From an uncultured Chthonomonadaceae bacterium (GTDB lineage Bacteria > Armatimonadota > Chthonomonadetes > Chthonomonadales > Chthonomonadaceae): 64,000 nt of DNA. Below are positions 62,460 to 64,000 of this stretch, piece by piece (the first letter of the stretch is position 1; each line of letters starts with the position of its first letter). The position numbers were made by a program, and so were the translations under genes. Under the pieces are notes generated by a model that did no database searches, was not told the origin of the DNA, and saw only the letters and a list, made by a program, of their open reading frames with translations. The DNA lies in contig CAWFQB010000004.1 of assembly GCA_963817895.1 (NCBI GenBank), positions 64,001 to 128,000 on the forward strand. The letters are read 5' to 3'.

Positions 62460-63758
62460 ATGTCTTCAGATTTCAATGGGGAACCGCAATCCCCGCTTGT
62501 ACGCTGGAATTTTCTCGCTCTGCTGCTGGATGTCACCTTTTTTTCGGTGGGCATGGCCTTTACGGACAGCAACGCCGTACTGCCCCTGCTGATGGAGCGA
62601 TTGGGCGCGTCCAGTCCGCTCATCGGCGCGTTCGCGGCGGTTCGGTTTCTCGCCTTCAGCTTTTTTCAGGTATTCGTATCGCAGCTGACGCACGGACGAA
62701 CCCGCCAGAAACCCCCGCTGATATGGATAGCCACGCTGACCCGCCTGCCCCTGTTGCTGCTGCCGTTTCTGCTGTGGAATGCGGATACCGGGGAAACAGC
62801 GCGGCTTGTCGGGCTATGGGCCACCATTATCATCCTTTCCATTTGGGCGTTGGGCGACGGATTGGGCTACATCCCCTGGATGGAGATTGTGGCGCGGACT
62901 TTTTCGGACAAAACGCGGGGGCGGTTTTTCGCCACCACGCAACTGCTGTCCGGCCTGAGCAGTATCGCCATTGCCGCGCTTGTGGTGCGGGGTGTGCTGG
63001 CCTCGTCGCGCCTGCCGTTTCCGCACAACTACGCGCTGCTGACCGGCATTGCCGCGCTGATGTTTCAAATCTCGCTTGCCGGGGTTCTGCTGATTCGGGA
63101 ACCCCCGCCCCCGGCAACGCCGCCGATTCCGCATCCGCCGCTGCGGGCATATTTTCGCCGTTTGCCGCAACTGCTGCGCGACAATCCCGTTTTCGCGCGT
63201 CTCGCGGTTGTGCAATTGTTTGTCGGTTTCGGAGCCACTGCCGCGCCGTTTTATGTGCTGTACGCGGCTTCCCACTTCGGATTGGGCGATCAGTGGGGCG
63301 GCACGTATCAGGTGATGCAGGCGATTGGCGTGGTCGCGCTGATGCCCGCGTGGGCCTGGCTCAGTGAAAAGCGGGGACCGGCAGCCTCCATTCGGGGCGT
63401 TGCGATTGCCTGCCTGCTGACACCCCTGCTCGCCATGACAATCGGCAATATCAACCCCTGGCTGTTCGGATTGGTGTTTCTGCTCATGGGCGGCAGTCTG
63501 GGGTGGGGACTCTGGATTACCTTCAACCACTATCTGCTGGCGCATGTGCGGGAAGCCGAGCGTTCCATTTTCGTCGCCCTGTTCAATCTGCTGTTCGCGC
63601 CCTCCGCCATCTATCCCTATCTCGGCGGCCTGTTGGTGCAGAACAGGCATTTCGTTTCCCTGGGTGGCCTGCCCGCGCTGTTCGTCCTGACGGCGGGCGT
63701 GATTCTGATTGGTCTGTTGCTTGCGCTGCGCCTCCCACCCCCTGTAGAAGAGCTTTAG
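62460..63758 (+). CDS. MFS transporter
   Basis: About 12 hydrophobic segments, RGRFF and WAWLSEKRG. Confidence 0.85.
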   Translation: MSSDFNGEPQSPLVRWNFLALLLDVTFFSVGMAFTDSNAVLPLLMERLGASSPLIGAFAAVRFLAFSFFQVFVSQLTHGRTRQKPPLIWIATLTRLPLLLLPFLLWNADTGETARLVGLWATIIILSIWALGDGLGYIPWMEIVARTFSDKTRGRFFATTQLLSGLSSIAIAALVVRGVLASSRLPFPHNYALLTGIAALMFQISLAGVLLIREPPPPATPPIPHPPLRAYFRRLPQLLRDNPVFARLAVVQLFVGFGATAAPFYVLYAASHFGLGDQWGGTYQVMQAIGVVALMPAWAWLSEKRGPAASIRGVAIACLLTPLLAMTIGNINPWLFGLVFLLMGGSLGWGLWITFNHYLLAHVREAERSIFVALFNLLFAPSAIYPYLGGLLVQNRHFVSLGGLPALFVLTAGVILIGLLLALRLPPPVEEL

Positions 63759-63793
63759 CCTGTTCAAGAGATTTGTTTATTAGAGCATGAAAA

Positions 63794-63843
63794 GTCCCTC
63801 TCTTAGCGACGAAGGAGCGGCCAGGAGAGAGGTTGGGGTGAGG
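63794..63843. repeat. REP-like palindrome with G-rich tail
   Basis: CCTCTCTT..GGAGAGAGG-TTGGGGTGAGG. Confidence 0.55.
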
Positions 63844-64000
63844 TACTCCAGGAAATTTCTTGACACGCGAACGGTAAATGCTGTATGCTGATTTGTGCGC
63901 AACCAACGATGGGGTTTGAACTGCCGCATGACCGATGACAACCCGACACAACGCCCCGGCACACTCCCCGACCTTGCCACGGACGCCGCCACTGCTGCGA

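Overview
Bacterial chromosomal window. The right end (56.3-64 kb) is ordinary core genome: PBP1A, DinB-family protein, ferritin-like protein, dienelactone hydrolase, LLM oxidoreductase, Hsp20 and an MFS transporter. A tRNA-Arg(TCG) at 56.1 kb is followed by a tyrosine integrase that opens a large accessory island extending leftwards, probably to about 2.2 kb; I did not find the second att site. From right to left the island holds six blocks. (i) Integrase, HTH proteins and a phage-O-like initiator gene with internal iterons. (ii) Two RHH / Cas4-like PD-(D/E)XK units with clear promoters and operators, plus a LexA-type box. (iii) A leftward cluster of ankyrin and small 'plasmid-related' domain genes separated by hairpin-rich, partly duplicated spacers. 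(iv) A 19-kb, 8-gene defence operon: an SNF2-DUF3883 / DUF1156 methylase / DUF499 ATPase core interleaved with a sacsin-like GHKL ATPase-nuclease, a prohead-protease-like protein, a DUF4062 protein, a Nudix-like fusion and an unknown gene. (v) An XRE + AEP prim-pol module flanked by remnants of BrxL, an R-M enzyme and an Argonaute. (vi) HNH, SRAP and two-component genes, and an imuB-dnaE2 cassette with imuB split by an IS3-family element. A divergent citrate synthase pair closes the left end. Many genes, including the core PBP gene, carry single-base frameshifts that most likely reflect sequencing indels. All family assignments come from motif recognition by eye, not database searches.
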